Shown here piece after piece: positions 52,288-61,091 of a DNA stretch of 64,000 nucleotides (its first letter is position 1; each line of letters starts with the position of its first letter). Source of the stretch: an uncultured delta proteobacterium (GTDB lineage: Bacteria > Desulfobacterota > Binatia > DP-6); contig CAWFFN010000007.1 of NCBI GenBank assembly GCA_963815115.1, positions 160,001 through 224,000 on the forward strand. The letters run 5' to 3'. The translations under genes and the position numbers were made by a program. A model generated the notes under the pieces. It did not search any database. It saw only the letters and a list, made by a program, of their open reading frames with translations, and was not told where the DNA came from.

Positions 52288-53061
52288 CTACGCGCACGCC
52301 GCTGGGACACCCGCGTGCCGGAGGGCACGAAGCAGGTCGTCACGGTATCGGACCTGATCGAACGAGATCTCGCCGACCTCGTCCGGGTCGAGCGACTCGG
52401 CCACCAGGACCTCGAACGGTGCCGTGAGCAGGCGGACGTGGACGAGATGATCGCCGCTGTCGACCAGGCGGAACACCGCCGGCGGTAGCGCGTCGGGCGC
52501 GAACCGCAGGCTGACCGGGTCCCCCGCCGGCCGCTGGTCGAGGAGCGGCACCGCCGGGAGCCCCGTAGCCATTCCCCGTGCCAGGGCGTCGCTCTCCGCC
52601 TCGATGCCGTCGTGTCGGAGCCGCGCGATCTCGCCGGCGACGTCTGCCGGCGGCCGCGGCCGATTGCGTCGTAGCCACGGGATGGCGTGGAAGAGCGGTG
52701 GCGGAGCGGGCACGAGCTCGAGTCCCTCGAACAGATCGGGCAGCAGCGCGGCGAGCGTGGCATGGTCGCCTGCGCCGTGCGCGGCGGTCGCGGCCCGAAA
52801 GGCGGGCGAATCCCGCAGCTCCCGCAGGCGCGTCCGGAAGCGCTCGACCAGCAGGCTGCCCTCCTGCAGCAGCGGTCCGGTCGCGTCCGCCAGGAGGTGC
52901 TCGCGATGCAGACGGCGTGCCCGGTCGCCCAGGGCGAGGGCGTCCGCCCGCAGCGTCGCGAGGTCGCCACGGCTCCCGGCGCGAAACTTCTCGAGCTCGA
53001 CCAGCAGTCCGCCCGCCTCGGCGACCGCCTGCTCCAGCGCATCGGCAGCCCCGTCGTCCAT
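52288..53061 (-). CDS. hypothetical protein
   Basis: 257-aa ORF with coding-like GC3 filling the gap; divergent from the 53109 operon. Confidence 0.7.
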   Translation of the reverse strand: MDDGAADALEQAVAEAGGLLVELEKFRAGSRGDLATLRADALALGDRARRLHREHLLADATGPLLQEGSLLVERFRTRLRELRDSPAFRAATAAHGAGDHATLAALLPDLFEGLELVPAPPPLFHAIPWLRRNRPRPPADVAGEIARLRHDGIEAESDALARGMATGLPAVPLLDQRPAGDPVSLRFAPDALPPAVFRLVDSGDHLVHVRLLTAPFEVLVAESLDPDEVGEISFDQVRYRDDLLRALRHAGVPAACA

Positions 53062-53108
53062 GATCCGGCTTCTTACAACCGGGCGCGGCCTTTGCTAAGA
53101 AGGGGGCG

Positions 53109-53720
53109 ATGCCCCTCCGGTCGCGGACTCGGAGAGCGCGCCGCGCGACCATCCGCGAGGTGCTCGACATCGCCATCGAGCTCGAGAAGAAGACGATGGC
53201 GCTGTACGTCGCCTTCGTCCAGGGCTTCCCGCGGCCCGAGGAAGTGCGCAACTTCTGGTTCTCGATGGCGCGTCACGAGGCGGGGCACTGCGGCGCGCTC
53301 GCCCTGGTCGAGAGCATCGTGGAATCCGATCCGAGCCGCGCGGCGGCGGCACGGGTGTGGTTCGACGAGCATACCGTGGCACGGCTGCGGGCGCTCCTCA
53401 CCGCCTATCTGCGCGAGGTGCGGAGCGGCAGCGTGTCGCTCGAGCGGGCCTTCGAGATGGCCATCGACGTCGAGGGATCGGAGCTCGAGGACGTCGTGGT
53501 CGACATGCTGAGCGTGGTGCGAAGCCCGCGGTGGCGCGAGCGCGCCATCCAGCTCCTGCTCCACGACCTGGGTGATCTCTCCTACATGGTCGAGCGCTAC
53601 ACCAAGAACGAGGGGTTGCTGACACGGGCCGACGCGCTCCTCGAGCGCCACCTGGGAGGCCTCAAGCGGCGCCGGTCAGCGACGGCGCGGGCCGCCGGGG
53701 GGCCGCGGGCGGCGGGGTAG
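53109..53720 (+). CDS. ferritin-like (rubrerythrin-fold) protein
   Basis: AIELEKK..ALY, HEAGH, AIDVE pattern. Confidence 0.7.
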   Translation: MPLRSRTRRARRATIREVLDIAIELEKKTMALYVAFVQGFPRPEEVRNFWFSMARHEAGHCGALALVESIVESDPSRAAAARVWFDEHTVARLRALLTAYLREVRSGSVSLERAFEMAIDVEGSELEDVVVDMLSVVRSPRWRERAIQLLLHDLGDLSYMVERYTKNEGLLTRADALLERHLGGLKRRRSATARAAGGPRAAG

Positions 53721-53722
53721 CG

Positions 53723-54118
53723 ATGGCCGGGGCCACGACCACGCGCCGGAACGGCCGCTCCGAGGGCGGGGCGTTCGTCACCGTGCCGATCTACCTCGAG
53801 GCGGTCGGGCGCTTGCATGGCGTGGGGCCGGGTGAGATGGCCCGCGCGTTGCGCGTCAGCCCCTCGGTCTTGCGGCGCTGGGCGCGCGGCACGCTGGTGC
53901 CATCGTGGCGGCGGCTCCGCGTGATGACCGACCTGTGGGGCGGCAGCGCGGAGCTTCTCGCCCTGGGCGCAGCGTTGCAGCGCTACTCGCGCTCCACCGG
54001 CATCTCCATCGAGGACGCGGTGCGGATGGTTCGCAGCGGCCGCCGCAACGCCCCGGAGCGCCGCACGGCCGGGCGGCGCCGCGACCGCCGGCAGCTTTCG
54101 CTGCCCATCGGAGGCTGA
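53723..54118 (+). CDS. XRE-like helix-turn-helix protein
   Basis: GEMARALRVSPSVLRRWARGTLVPS. Confidence 0.7.
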   Translation: MAGATTTRRNGRSEGGAFVTVPIYLEAVGRLHGVGPGEMARALRVSPSVLRRWARGTLVPSWRRLRVMTDLWGGSAELLALGAALQRYSRSTGISIEDAVRMVRSGRRNAPERRTAGRRRDRRQLSLPIGG

Positions 54119-54121
54119 GAC

Positions 54122-54607
54122 GTGACGGGCGAGGGCATCGGTGAGGGCATCACGGAGCGCGGGCTGGCGGCGACCTCCCACGTCGAGACGGCCGAGGGTC
54201 CGGTGCGCATGTCGGAGACGCCCAACAAGGGCTTCGCCGTGCTGACGCGGCTGCCCTCGGGGCAGCTCGGCTTCCGCCAGCTGATCAAGCTCGTCTCGCG
54301 TGGTCCGGTGCCGCTGGTCCGGGTCGTCCTGAGCACGGGGCACGAGGTCCTGGCGGCACGCGGACATCCCTTCTATCGCGCCGGAATGGAGGCCGTCGCC
54401 GCGGAGCGGCTCATGCCCGGCGATCCCCTCGAGACCGCCTTCCGCTATCCCGAAGGCTACACGCCTCCGGACCTGCCGGATGCCGAGTCGAGCGCCCCGA
54501 TCCGTGTCGTGCGGGTGGAAGCGGCGGGGGAGGGCGAGGTGATGACGGGCACGGTGCGGGACACGCATGCGCTCTTCATCACGGCTGGCGTCCTCTGTGG
54601 CGAGTGA
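54122..54607 (+). CDS. free-standing Hint (intein-like) domain protein lacking splicing residues
   Basis: block A GLAATSHVETAEG, block B GHEVLAARGHPFY, LMPGD, blocks [25 protein letters not shown]. Confidence 0.75.
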   Translation: MTGEGIGEGITERGLAATSHVETAEGPVRMSETPNKGFAVLTRLPSGQLGFRQLIKLVSRGPVPLVRVVLSTGHEVLAARGHPFYRAGMEAVAAERLMPGDPLETAFRYPEGYTPPDLPDAESSAPIRVVRVEAAGEGEVMTGTVRDTHALFITAGVLCGE

Positions 54608-55313
54608 CGGGCTGGCGCGCCTCGAGGCCCGCCTCGTCCGCTGCCGGCGCTGCCCGCGGCTGGTCGCCTACCGCCAGCGCGTCGCGACGGAGCGCGTCGC
54701 GCGCTTCCGAAGCTGGCACTACTGGGGGCGGCCCGTCCCGGGGTTCGGCGATCCGGCGGCCCGCGTCCTGGTCGTCGGCCTTGCGCCCGCGGCGCACGGT
54801 GGCAACCGGACGGGCCGCATCTTCACGGGCGACGAGAGCGGCAACTGGCTCTTCGCTGGACTGCATCGCGCCGGGTTCGCGAATCAGCCGGCCTCCGTGC
54901 ATCGGGACGACGGGCTGGCGCTGCGCGGCGCCTGGGTGACGGCGGCGGCGCGCTGCGCGCCGCCAGCCAACCGGCCGACGCCGCAGGAGCTCGAGACCTG
55001 CCGGAGCTGGCTGCTCGCCGAGCTGGCGCTCCTGGAACGCCTGCGGGTCGTCGTCGTGCTTGGCCGCGTCGCGCACGACGCCTTCCTGGCGGCGGAGGCC
55101 GCCCGCGGCCGGATGGTGCCACGCCCGCGGCCGGCGTTCGCGCATGGAGCGGAGCATCGGCTGCCGTCGGGACTCGTGCTGCTCTGCTCCTACCACCCGA
55201 GCCAGCAGAACACCTTCACCGGCAGGTTGACGCGGCCGATGCTCGACCGCGTGCTCGGACGGGCGGCCGCGCTCGCCGAGGCGCGAGTTCCTCGTCCGGC
55301 CGAAGGGTGGTAA
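54597..55313 (+). CDS. family 5 uracil-DNA glycosylase (UdgB-like)
   Basis: [32 protein letters not shown]. Confidence 0.92.
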   Translation: MASDGLARLEARLVRCRRCPRLVAYRQRVATERVARFRSWHYWGRPVPGFGDPAARVLVVGLAPAAHGGNRTGRIFTGDESGNWLFAGLHRAGFANQPASVHRDDGLALRGAWVTAAARCAPPANRPTPQELETCRSWLLAELALLERLRVVVVLGRVAHDAFLAAEAARGRMVPRPRPAFAHGAEHRLPSGLVLLCSYHPSQQNTFTGRLTRPMLDRVLGRAAALAEARVPRPAEGW

Positions 55314-55329
55314 CGAGGGCCCGCGGCGC

Positions 55330-56205
55330 ATGAAGGGGATCATCCTTGCCGGCGGAGCAGGCACGCGGTTGCATCCGCTCACCCTCGCGGTGAGCAAGCA
55401 GCTCCTGCCGGTCTACGACAAGCCGATGATCTACTATCCGTTGTCGTCGCTCATGCTCGCGGGCATCCGCGACATCCTGGTCATCACGACGCCGCACGAG
55501 CAGGAGCCTTTCCGGCGGCTCCTGGGTGACGGCGCCCCGCTCGGTCTCTCCATCAGCTATGCCGTCCAGCCGCGGCCCGAGGGGCTCGCCCAGGCCTTCG
55601 TCGTCGGACGGCAGTTCATCGACGGCGGCTCGGTCGCCCTCGCGCTCGGCGACAACATCTTCTACGGACACGGGTTCCCGGAGAGCCTGCGGCGCGCCGC
55701 CACGCGCACGCGCGGCGCAACCGTGTTCGCCTATCACGTCCGCGATCCGGAGCGGTACGGCGTGGTCGAGTTCGACGCGGCCGGACAGGCGGTCTCGCTG
55801 GAGGAGAAACCCGCGCTGCCGCGTTCGTCGTACGCGGTGACCGGGCTCTATTTCTACGACGCCCGCATCACCGACATCGCCGCCGGTCTGCGGCCGTCAG
55901 CCCGGGGCGAGCTGGAGATCACCGACGTGAATCTGCACTATCTGCGCCTCGGCGACCTCCAGGTCGAGAAGCTCGGCCGCGGCGTCGCGTGGCTGGACAC
56001 CGGAACGCACGAAGCGCTGGCCCAGGCCTCGAGCTTCATCCAGGTCATCGAGGAGCGGCAGGGCCTCAAGGTGGCCTGCCTCGAGGAGATCGCGCTGCGC
56101 ATGGCCTACATCGGGCCGGAGGAGGTGCGTCGCGCGGCCCACGGCATGCAGCAGACGGGCTACGGACAGTACCTGCTCCGGCTGCTCGAGCAGTGGCCGA
56201 CGTAG
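55330..56205 (+). CDS. rfbA: glucose-1-phosphate thymidylyltransferase
   Basis: [37 protein letters not shown]. Confidence 0.96.
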   Translation: MKGIILAGGAGTRLHPLTLAVSKQLLPVYDKPMIYYPLSSLMLAGIRDILVITTPHEQEPFRRLLGDGAPLGLSISYAVQPRPEGLAQAFVVGRQFIDGGSVALALGDNIFYGHGFPESLRRAATRTRGATVFAYHVRDPERYGVVEFDAAGQAVSLEEKPALPRSSYAVTGLYFYDARITDIAAGLRPSARGELEITDVNLHYLRLGDLQVEKLGRGVAWLDTGTHEALAQASSFIQVIEERQGLKVACLEEIALRMAYIGPEEVRRAAHGMQQTGYGQYLLRLLEQWPT

Positions 56206-56501
56206 ACCTGGCACGGAATCGAGTGCCCGCTGGCGACCACCGTGACCGCGCGGCGCAGGTAGAGCCGCCCCTCGTCCTCGTACACGTCCAGGGCGTGCAG
56301 CGCGTCGGAATCGAGGTCGTCGAGGACGACGCCATCGACCGCGGCGCCAGGCGAGGGATGGATCACCGGATAGCCGTGCGTGCCGACGGCGCGGATCCAG
56401 CCGTGCAGCGTCGCCGCCCGGCGCGCGAATTGGCGACCCGTGACGCGCTCGACGGACGCCGGCTCCGTGAGCGTTCCGTAGACGAACAGACGCGTCGGTC
56501 C
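56160..56501 (-). CDS. gamma-glutamylcyclotransferase (AIG2-like) family protein, no canonical start codon visible
   Basis: [22 protein letters not shown] all in one frame; in-frame TGA at 56538-56540 upstream. Confidence 0.75.
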   Translation of the reverse strand, partial: GPTRLFVYGTLTEPASVERVTGRQFARRAATLHGWIRAVGTHGYPVIHPSPGAAVDGVVLDDLDSDALHALDVYEDEGRLYLRRAVTVVASGHSIPCQVYVGHCSSSRSRYCP

Positions 56502-56508
56502 GCGCGGC

Positions 56509-57051
56509 TCAGGCCGCGTTGGGCTGATGGCCGCCGCTCAGGCTGCGCTCGCGCTGGACGAGCACGTGTACGCCGCGATTCGTGAGCCACCCGAAGGTCT
56601 CACGCACGCGGCGGAGCGCCAGCTCCTCCGCGGGAGCCGGCACCAGCACCTCGAGGCTGGCGCCCGGTCCGCTCCGCAGCACGTCGTCGGCGAGCGTCTC
56701 GGCGAGGTACGGCGTGAGAACGCCGGCGCGCTCGAGCACACCTTCGGTGCCGAGCGTCGGACGCCGGACGCGCACCACCACCGGGATCGGCGGAGCTTGC
56801 GTTTCGAGACGCGCTCGCGCGAGCACGAGCGTGGCTTCGACCAGGTCGCCGTAGGTCCGGACCGGTTCCAGCACATCCTCGGGGACGACGAGGTCGAGCT
56901 CTTCCTCGATGGCGAGCGCGAGCTCGGCGAAATCGAGCGAATCTGCAGCCAGATCCTCGACCAGGGACAGCTCAGGGGACAGGGAATCCTCGGTGACGCC
57001 GAGGTGTTCCGCAACCAGCCGCCGCACTCGCGGCTCCACAAGACTCCACAT
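56509..57051 (-). CDS. acyl carrier protein domain fused to an unknown C-terminal domain
   Basis: EDLAADSLD phosphopantetheine motif, EEELD, TYGDL; about 100 extra aa. Confidence 0.8.
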   Translation of the reverse strand: MWSLVEPRVRRLVAEHLGVTEDSLSPELSLVEDLAADSLDFAELALAIEEELDLVVPEDVLEPVRTYGDLVEATLVLARARLETQAPPIPVVVRVRRPTLGTEGVLERAGVLTPYLAETLADDVLRSGPGASLEVLVPAPAEELALRRVRETFGWLTNRGVHVLVQRERSLSGGHQPNAA

Positions 57052-57176
57052 ACTCACCTGCCGATCGAATTCGTTGCGTCGAAGGTTGACTCCTAGCATA
57101 CCTCGCGAGCTTCGACAGTACGCGGCGACGAGAATTCACCCGCCCGTAGCAACGCGCTGCGGCGTGCGGCGGTTGC

Positions 57177-57205
57177 TGGACGCTGCCACGGCGCTTCGGT
57201 ACCTT
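57177..57205 (+). promoter_or_regulatory. tRNA promoter TGGACG-N17-TACCTT
   Basis: spacing and position 10 nt before the tRNA. Confidence 0.45.
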
Positions 57206-57215
57206 CGGACGATAC

Positions 57216-57288
57216 GCCCTCGTAGCTCAGTGGATAGAGCACCTGCCTCCTAAGCAGGGGGTCGCAGGTTCGATTCCTGCCGGGGGCA
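57216..57288 (+). tRNA. tRNA-Arg (anticodon CCT), CCA not encoded
   Basis: acceptor GCCCTCG/CGGGGGC, D-arm GCTC/GAGC, anticodon stem CCTGC/GCAGG with loop CTCCTAA, GGTTCGATTCC T-arm. Confidence 0.96.
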
Positions 57289-57477
57289 TCGAGACTTCAA
57301 CGGCTCGCGCACGCACGCCGGCCCCGCAGCGGCGGATGGGCGACAATGTCACCACTTGCGCGCGGTGACACCGGCACCCCTCTCGCGCGTTGCGTTCGAG
57401 CACTCGTGGATCGGGCGCTCAGCCGGCGAGGAGCGACACAGGGCGGGGCACAACCTCGCCCTGTGCGATGCAGACGA

Positions 57478-57768
57478 TCAGAAGCGACGCGAGCCGTTCC
57501 GGCCGCCACCGCCACCGGACGAGCGTTCCTTCGCTTCGCTGACGTTCAGGGTGCGACCCTGGAGATCCGTGCCGTTGAACTGCGAGATCGCCTTCTGCGC
57601 CTCGCCCGACGAGCTCATCTCGACGAACCCGAAGCCGCGCGATTGTCCGGTCTCGCGGTCCGTGATGACCGCGGCCGACTCGCACGTGCCTGCCTGCGCG
57701 AACAGGGTCTCGAGATCCGAACTCCTGGTCTCGAACGACAGATTGCCGACGAACAGCTTCTTACCCAT
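57478..57768 (-). CDS. RRM RNA-binding protein with Gly-rich tail
   Basis: RNP2 LFVGNL, RNP1 RGFGFVEM; GGAGGA SD. Confidence 0.93.
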   Translation of the reverse strand: MGKKLFVGNLSFETRSSDLETLFAQAGTCESAAVITDRETGQSRGFGFVEMSSSGEAQKAISQFNGTDLQGRTLNVSEAKERSSGGGGGRNGSRRF

Positions 57769-58160
57769 TGCTCCTCCTGGGCCCCGCAGGGCCGGTTCGA
57801 CATCGACGCATCGTCTGGGCGGGAAGCCTGTCGTGGCAGAACGGATGGACGCTGATTCACGCACAAACAAGACGACGGTGGACGCATAGACCAATCCGAA
57901 GGCCAGCACAATGCGCCGCCCGCAGATCGCGCCGCATGGCAGAGGCGCCATGACCCAGCATCACCAGCGCCTGCCCAGCATAATCGTAAGACCGCAAGCA
58001 CGGCCCGCGGCGGCATCAGGTACGCGCCACGACGGGTGGACTCACATGCCATGTTCTCCGGGCGCCCGGATCGAAGGCAGAAGGCAAGCACGGCAGGCCA
58101 CGGTCACGACGGACGCCGTGAGCACGGTGCCGGTGTCCTCAACGGAAGGAGGATCCGAGG

Positions 58161-58604
58161 ATGAAGCGGTTCGCGCTGACGACAATGGCGCTGGCAGGCA
58201 CCCTCGCGCTTGGTGCTCTCCCTGCACGGGCCGAGTTTTGCATCGAGCTCCAGGATGGAGGGTCGGCCGTCGCGTTCCTGCGCTTCAAGCAGAAGTACTC
58301 CACCAAGGTCGACAAGTTCACGGCACTGACGGGAAAGATCATCGCTCTCGAGGCGGGAAGCATCGTGGGCATCGGGCCTGCGTTTGGTCAGATGCTCGGC
58401 CTGCCGGAGGCGGACGCCGGGAATTCGCTCGGCGTGACGTTCGCATACGGCGGCGACACCGTCGGGCACGCGTCCATCGTCCTGGATGACAACGCGCTCA
58501 TGTCGGGCTCCGGCACTCTCTTCGTGGAGTCCCCGGCTGCCCTGCCGACCAGCGTCACCGCCGAGATCGTCGGCTGCGCGAACGAGCCGCAGCCCTCACC
58601 GTGA
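58161..58604 (+). CDS. secreted hypothetical protein
   Basis: GAGG SD; signal peptide ending ARA; paired terminal Cys. Confidence 0.7.
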   Translation: MKRFALTTMALAGTLALGALPARAEFCIELQDGGSAVAFLRFKQKYSTKVDKFTALTGKIIALEAGSIVGIGPAFGQMLGLPEADAGNSLGVTFAYGGDTVGHASIVLDDNALMSGSGTLFVESPAALPTSVTAEIVGCANEPQPSP

Positions 58605-58802
58605 GCACGGCGGGACCGGGCGCACCGCCGGCGATCGAGAGCCGCCGCTCGACCGCGATGGTCGGCGGCGGCTTCCATACGGGCGTGGCCGTCGGCGGGG
58701 TAGCGCGTGACTTCACCGTCGCCCGCGGTTGGGCAGAGCTTGCGCCGACCTGTTCGGGTTGGTGAGAGCAGGGGACAGAAGACCCGCGCGGCGCGGTCTA
58801 CC

Positions 58803-60062
58803 CTACGCCGTGTGTCCCTGATGGGAATCCTTCCGCAGGGACATGAGCTCCACTTCCAACGCGAGGGCGACTTGCTTGGCCAGCGATTCCAGGAGTGTCA
58901 TTTGCTCGCGGAGCAGAAAGCGTTCGGGCTCCCTGGGCCGCAAGGCCAGAATGCCGGCGGGGGTATCGCCCGCCTGCAGGGGGACGTAGAGAACCTCTGC
59001 CGTCGGTGAGCTCCCGGTACCCCATCCTGCCATCTGGCCACTCTCGTAGGCCGATCGCGCAAAGTGCATTTGTTCCACGAGGTCTTTTTGCATCACCGAC
59101 GACACGTCACCCGCAGCGACGTGCAGCGAGCGCTTCTCATCCGGCAGGAGCGCCAGGACCTCGCAATCGAAGATCTCCGAGATGTACTGTACCGCCACCT
59201 GTAGTATGCTCTCGACCCCCCTGGTGCTGGCGAGTTGCCGGCTGAGACCGTGCATCGCTGCCGCCTGCCGCTCCTGTAAACGGGCAAGCGTGATCTGCTG
59301 GCGCATCCCGGCGGCCAGGTGACTGATCACCAGAGCCACCAGACACATCACCACGAAGGTGACGATGTACTGGGCGTCCTCCACGGTGAACGAGAATCGG
59401 GGAGGTACAAAACAGAAATCAAAGGCCAGGACGCTCAGGAGAGACGATAGGATCGCCGGCCCACGCCCGCAGTCAGTGGCGGTGAGGATCACCCCCAGCA
59501 AGTACACCATGATGAGGTTGCTGAGGTGGAAGTACGGGTACATCGCAAAACAGATCGCGGTGGCCAGGGCGAGGTACAGGACACCCGTGCCATAGTCCGA
59601 CAGCTGGATCCTCTTGGATCGAAGGACGTAGGTCGCTTCTCTTTGTTCTCCCGGCTCGCCGGCAATGACGTAGACGTCGGCCGCTCGGCTGATTCGCACC
59701 AGTTGATCCACGGGGCTTCGTGCAAGGATGCCTCTGGCCGAAGAGCGGCCTGGCTTGCCAACGATGATCCGCGTGATGTTCCGTTGCCTTGCGAAGTTGA
59801 CGATTTCCTCGGCCACGTTGCGGCCGGGTAGGGTGACCGCCTCTCCCCCCGATTCGTCAGCCAACCTCAGATTGTCGGCGGCCTGGCTGCGCGCCGCCTC
59901 GGATAGCATCGCCATTCTGGGTTGCTCGACGTATACGGCGAACCATTTGGCATGGAGGCTGGCGGCCATCCTCTTGGCGGAGGTTATCAGCTGGGCCGAG
60001 GAGGAGCTCGGGCTCACGCACACCAAGAGCCTTTCTTCGGTGGGCTTTGGAATGTCCGCCAT
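58803..60062 (-). CDS. KdpD-like sensor fragment (Usp + DUF4118 TM + GAF) without histidine kinase
   Basis: ERLLVCVS, FARQRNITRIIVGK, MVYLLGV, AFDFCFVPPRFSF, QVALALE then stop; lower GC. Confidence 0.85.
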   Translation of the reverse strand: MADIPKPTEERLLVCVSPSSSSAQLITSAKRMAASLHAKWFAVYVEQPRMAMLSEAARSQAADNLRLADESGGEAVTLPGRNVAEEIVNFARQRNITRIIVGKPGRSSARGILARSPVDQLVRISRAADVYVIAGEPGEQREATYVLRSKRIQLSDYGTGVLYLALATAICFAMYPYFHLSNLIMVYLLGVILTATDCGRGPAILSSLLSVLAFDFCFVPPRFSFTVEDAQYIVTFVVMCLVALVISHLAAGMRQQITLARLQERQAAAMHGLSRQLASTRGVESILQVAVQYISEIFDCEVLALLPDEKRSLHVAAGDVSSVMQKDLVEQMHFARSAYESGQMAGWGTGSSPTAEVLYVPLQAGDTPAGILALRPREPERFLLREQMTLLESLAKQVALALEVELMSLRKDSHQGHTA

Positions 60063-60356
60063 CGTCACGCTCCCTCGGTCATGTGCCGATGTCCAGGTGT
60101 GATTGCGCCTCTACATCAGAGACGACGATCGTGAAACTGGCGCTTGGAGGATCAGGCGGCCGCGCCGCGAAGCTGTCATCGCCCGTCGGGGCCCGCGGTG
60201 CTGCCCGCGGCCAGCGAGGAGGTGTTGCGCTAGACGATCGCCGTCGCTAGCGATGAGCCGGGGAGTTCCACAACCCGTGGACGATGATCAGCGTCGAGCG
60301 GTTGCCCGTGGATGCCCAGGCCGCATGAAGCTGGACGTCCATTCGCGAGGTGCATC

Positions 60357-60605
60357 GTGCGAGAGAAGATCGAAGTCGGGTACCAGGCGTTCGTGGCCGA
60401 TGGGGGCGAGGAGTTCGGCGCGATCCGGGAGGTCTCGGTCGGCGACCTGCTCGTCTACGTAGAGAATGCGGGCGACTTCCGCATCCCGCTGGAGGCGGTC
60501 CAGGCGGTGCATTCCCAGAAGGTCATCTTCCGGTGTGACAGGCTCGACCGTCGCCTGCGGGAGGCGATCGGCCATGCGCACGACGCCGAAGAGCCCGGGC
60601 GGTAG
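60357..60605 (+). CDS. small hypothetical protein (PRC-barrel-like)
   Basis: GAGGT SD; DGGEEFGAIREV...IPLEAV pattern. Confidence 0.7.
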   Translation: MREKIEVGYQAFVADGGEEFGAIREVSVGDLLVYVENAGDFRIPLEAVQAVHSQKVIFRCDRLDRRLREAIGHAHDAEEPGR

Positions 60606-60641
60606 CAGGGTCCCGAGCCAACCGATTCCCGCCGGCGCGAG

Positions 60642-61025
60642 CTACTGGAGGATGCCGGGGACCTGGAGCGTGAAGCGCGGGATGCGCGCCTGGAAGACCT
60701 GGCCCGTCTCGGTGTGCATCTCGTAGGTGCCTTCCATCGTGCCGAAGGGCGTCGCGAGGACGGCACCGCTGGTGTAGCGATGCACCTCGCCACGCGCGAG
60801 CGTGGGCTGCTGGCCGACGACGCCTGGACCCTCCACCTCCTCGACGTGCCCGTCGCCATCGGTGATGATCCAGTGCCGGCGGCGAAGCTGTGCGCGCGGG
60901 GCGCCCTCGTTCGCGATCGTGACCGTGTATGCGAAGGCGTAGCTCCCCTCGTCGGGCGCCGAGCGATCCGGCAGGTATGTCGACTCCACCGAGATGCGGA
61001 TTCCGTCGGTCAGGGCCGTGGGCAT
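60642..61025 (-). CDS. apaG: ApaG protein
   Basis: YAFAYTVTI, RHWIITD, VEGPGVVGQQP, YTSG, GTMEG. Confidence 0.95.
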   Translation of the reverse strand: MPTALTDGIRISVESTYLPDRSAPDEGSYAFAYTVTIANEGAPRAQLRRRHWIITDGDGHVEEVEGPGVVGQQPTLARGEVHRYTSGAVLATPFGTMEGTYEMHTETGQVFQARIPRFTLQVPGILQ

Positions 61026-61091
61026 GGGGCGCTCTTCCTAGGTGGGCGACGGCTCCGCGTCAATGCGCAGATGCGGTATCAGCGGCCGCTT

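Noticed and set aside
54122-54607. Active intein inserted in a host gene or half of a split intein
   Set aside because: No Cys/Ser1, no terminal Asn, no extein sequence, and both N- and C-terminal blocks are in the same ORF.
55330-56205. rfbA as the start of a polysaccharide island
   Set aside because: No rfbB/C/D or glycosyltransferase genes adjacent, and composition matches the host.
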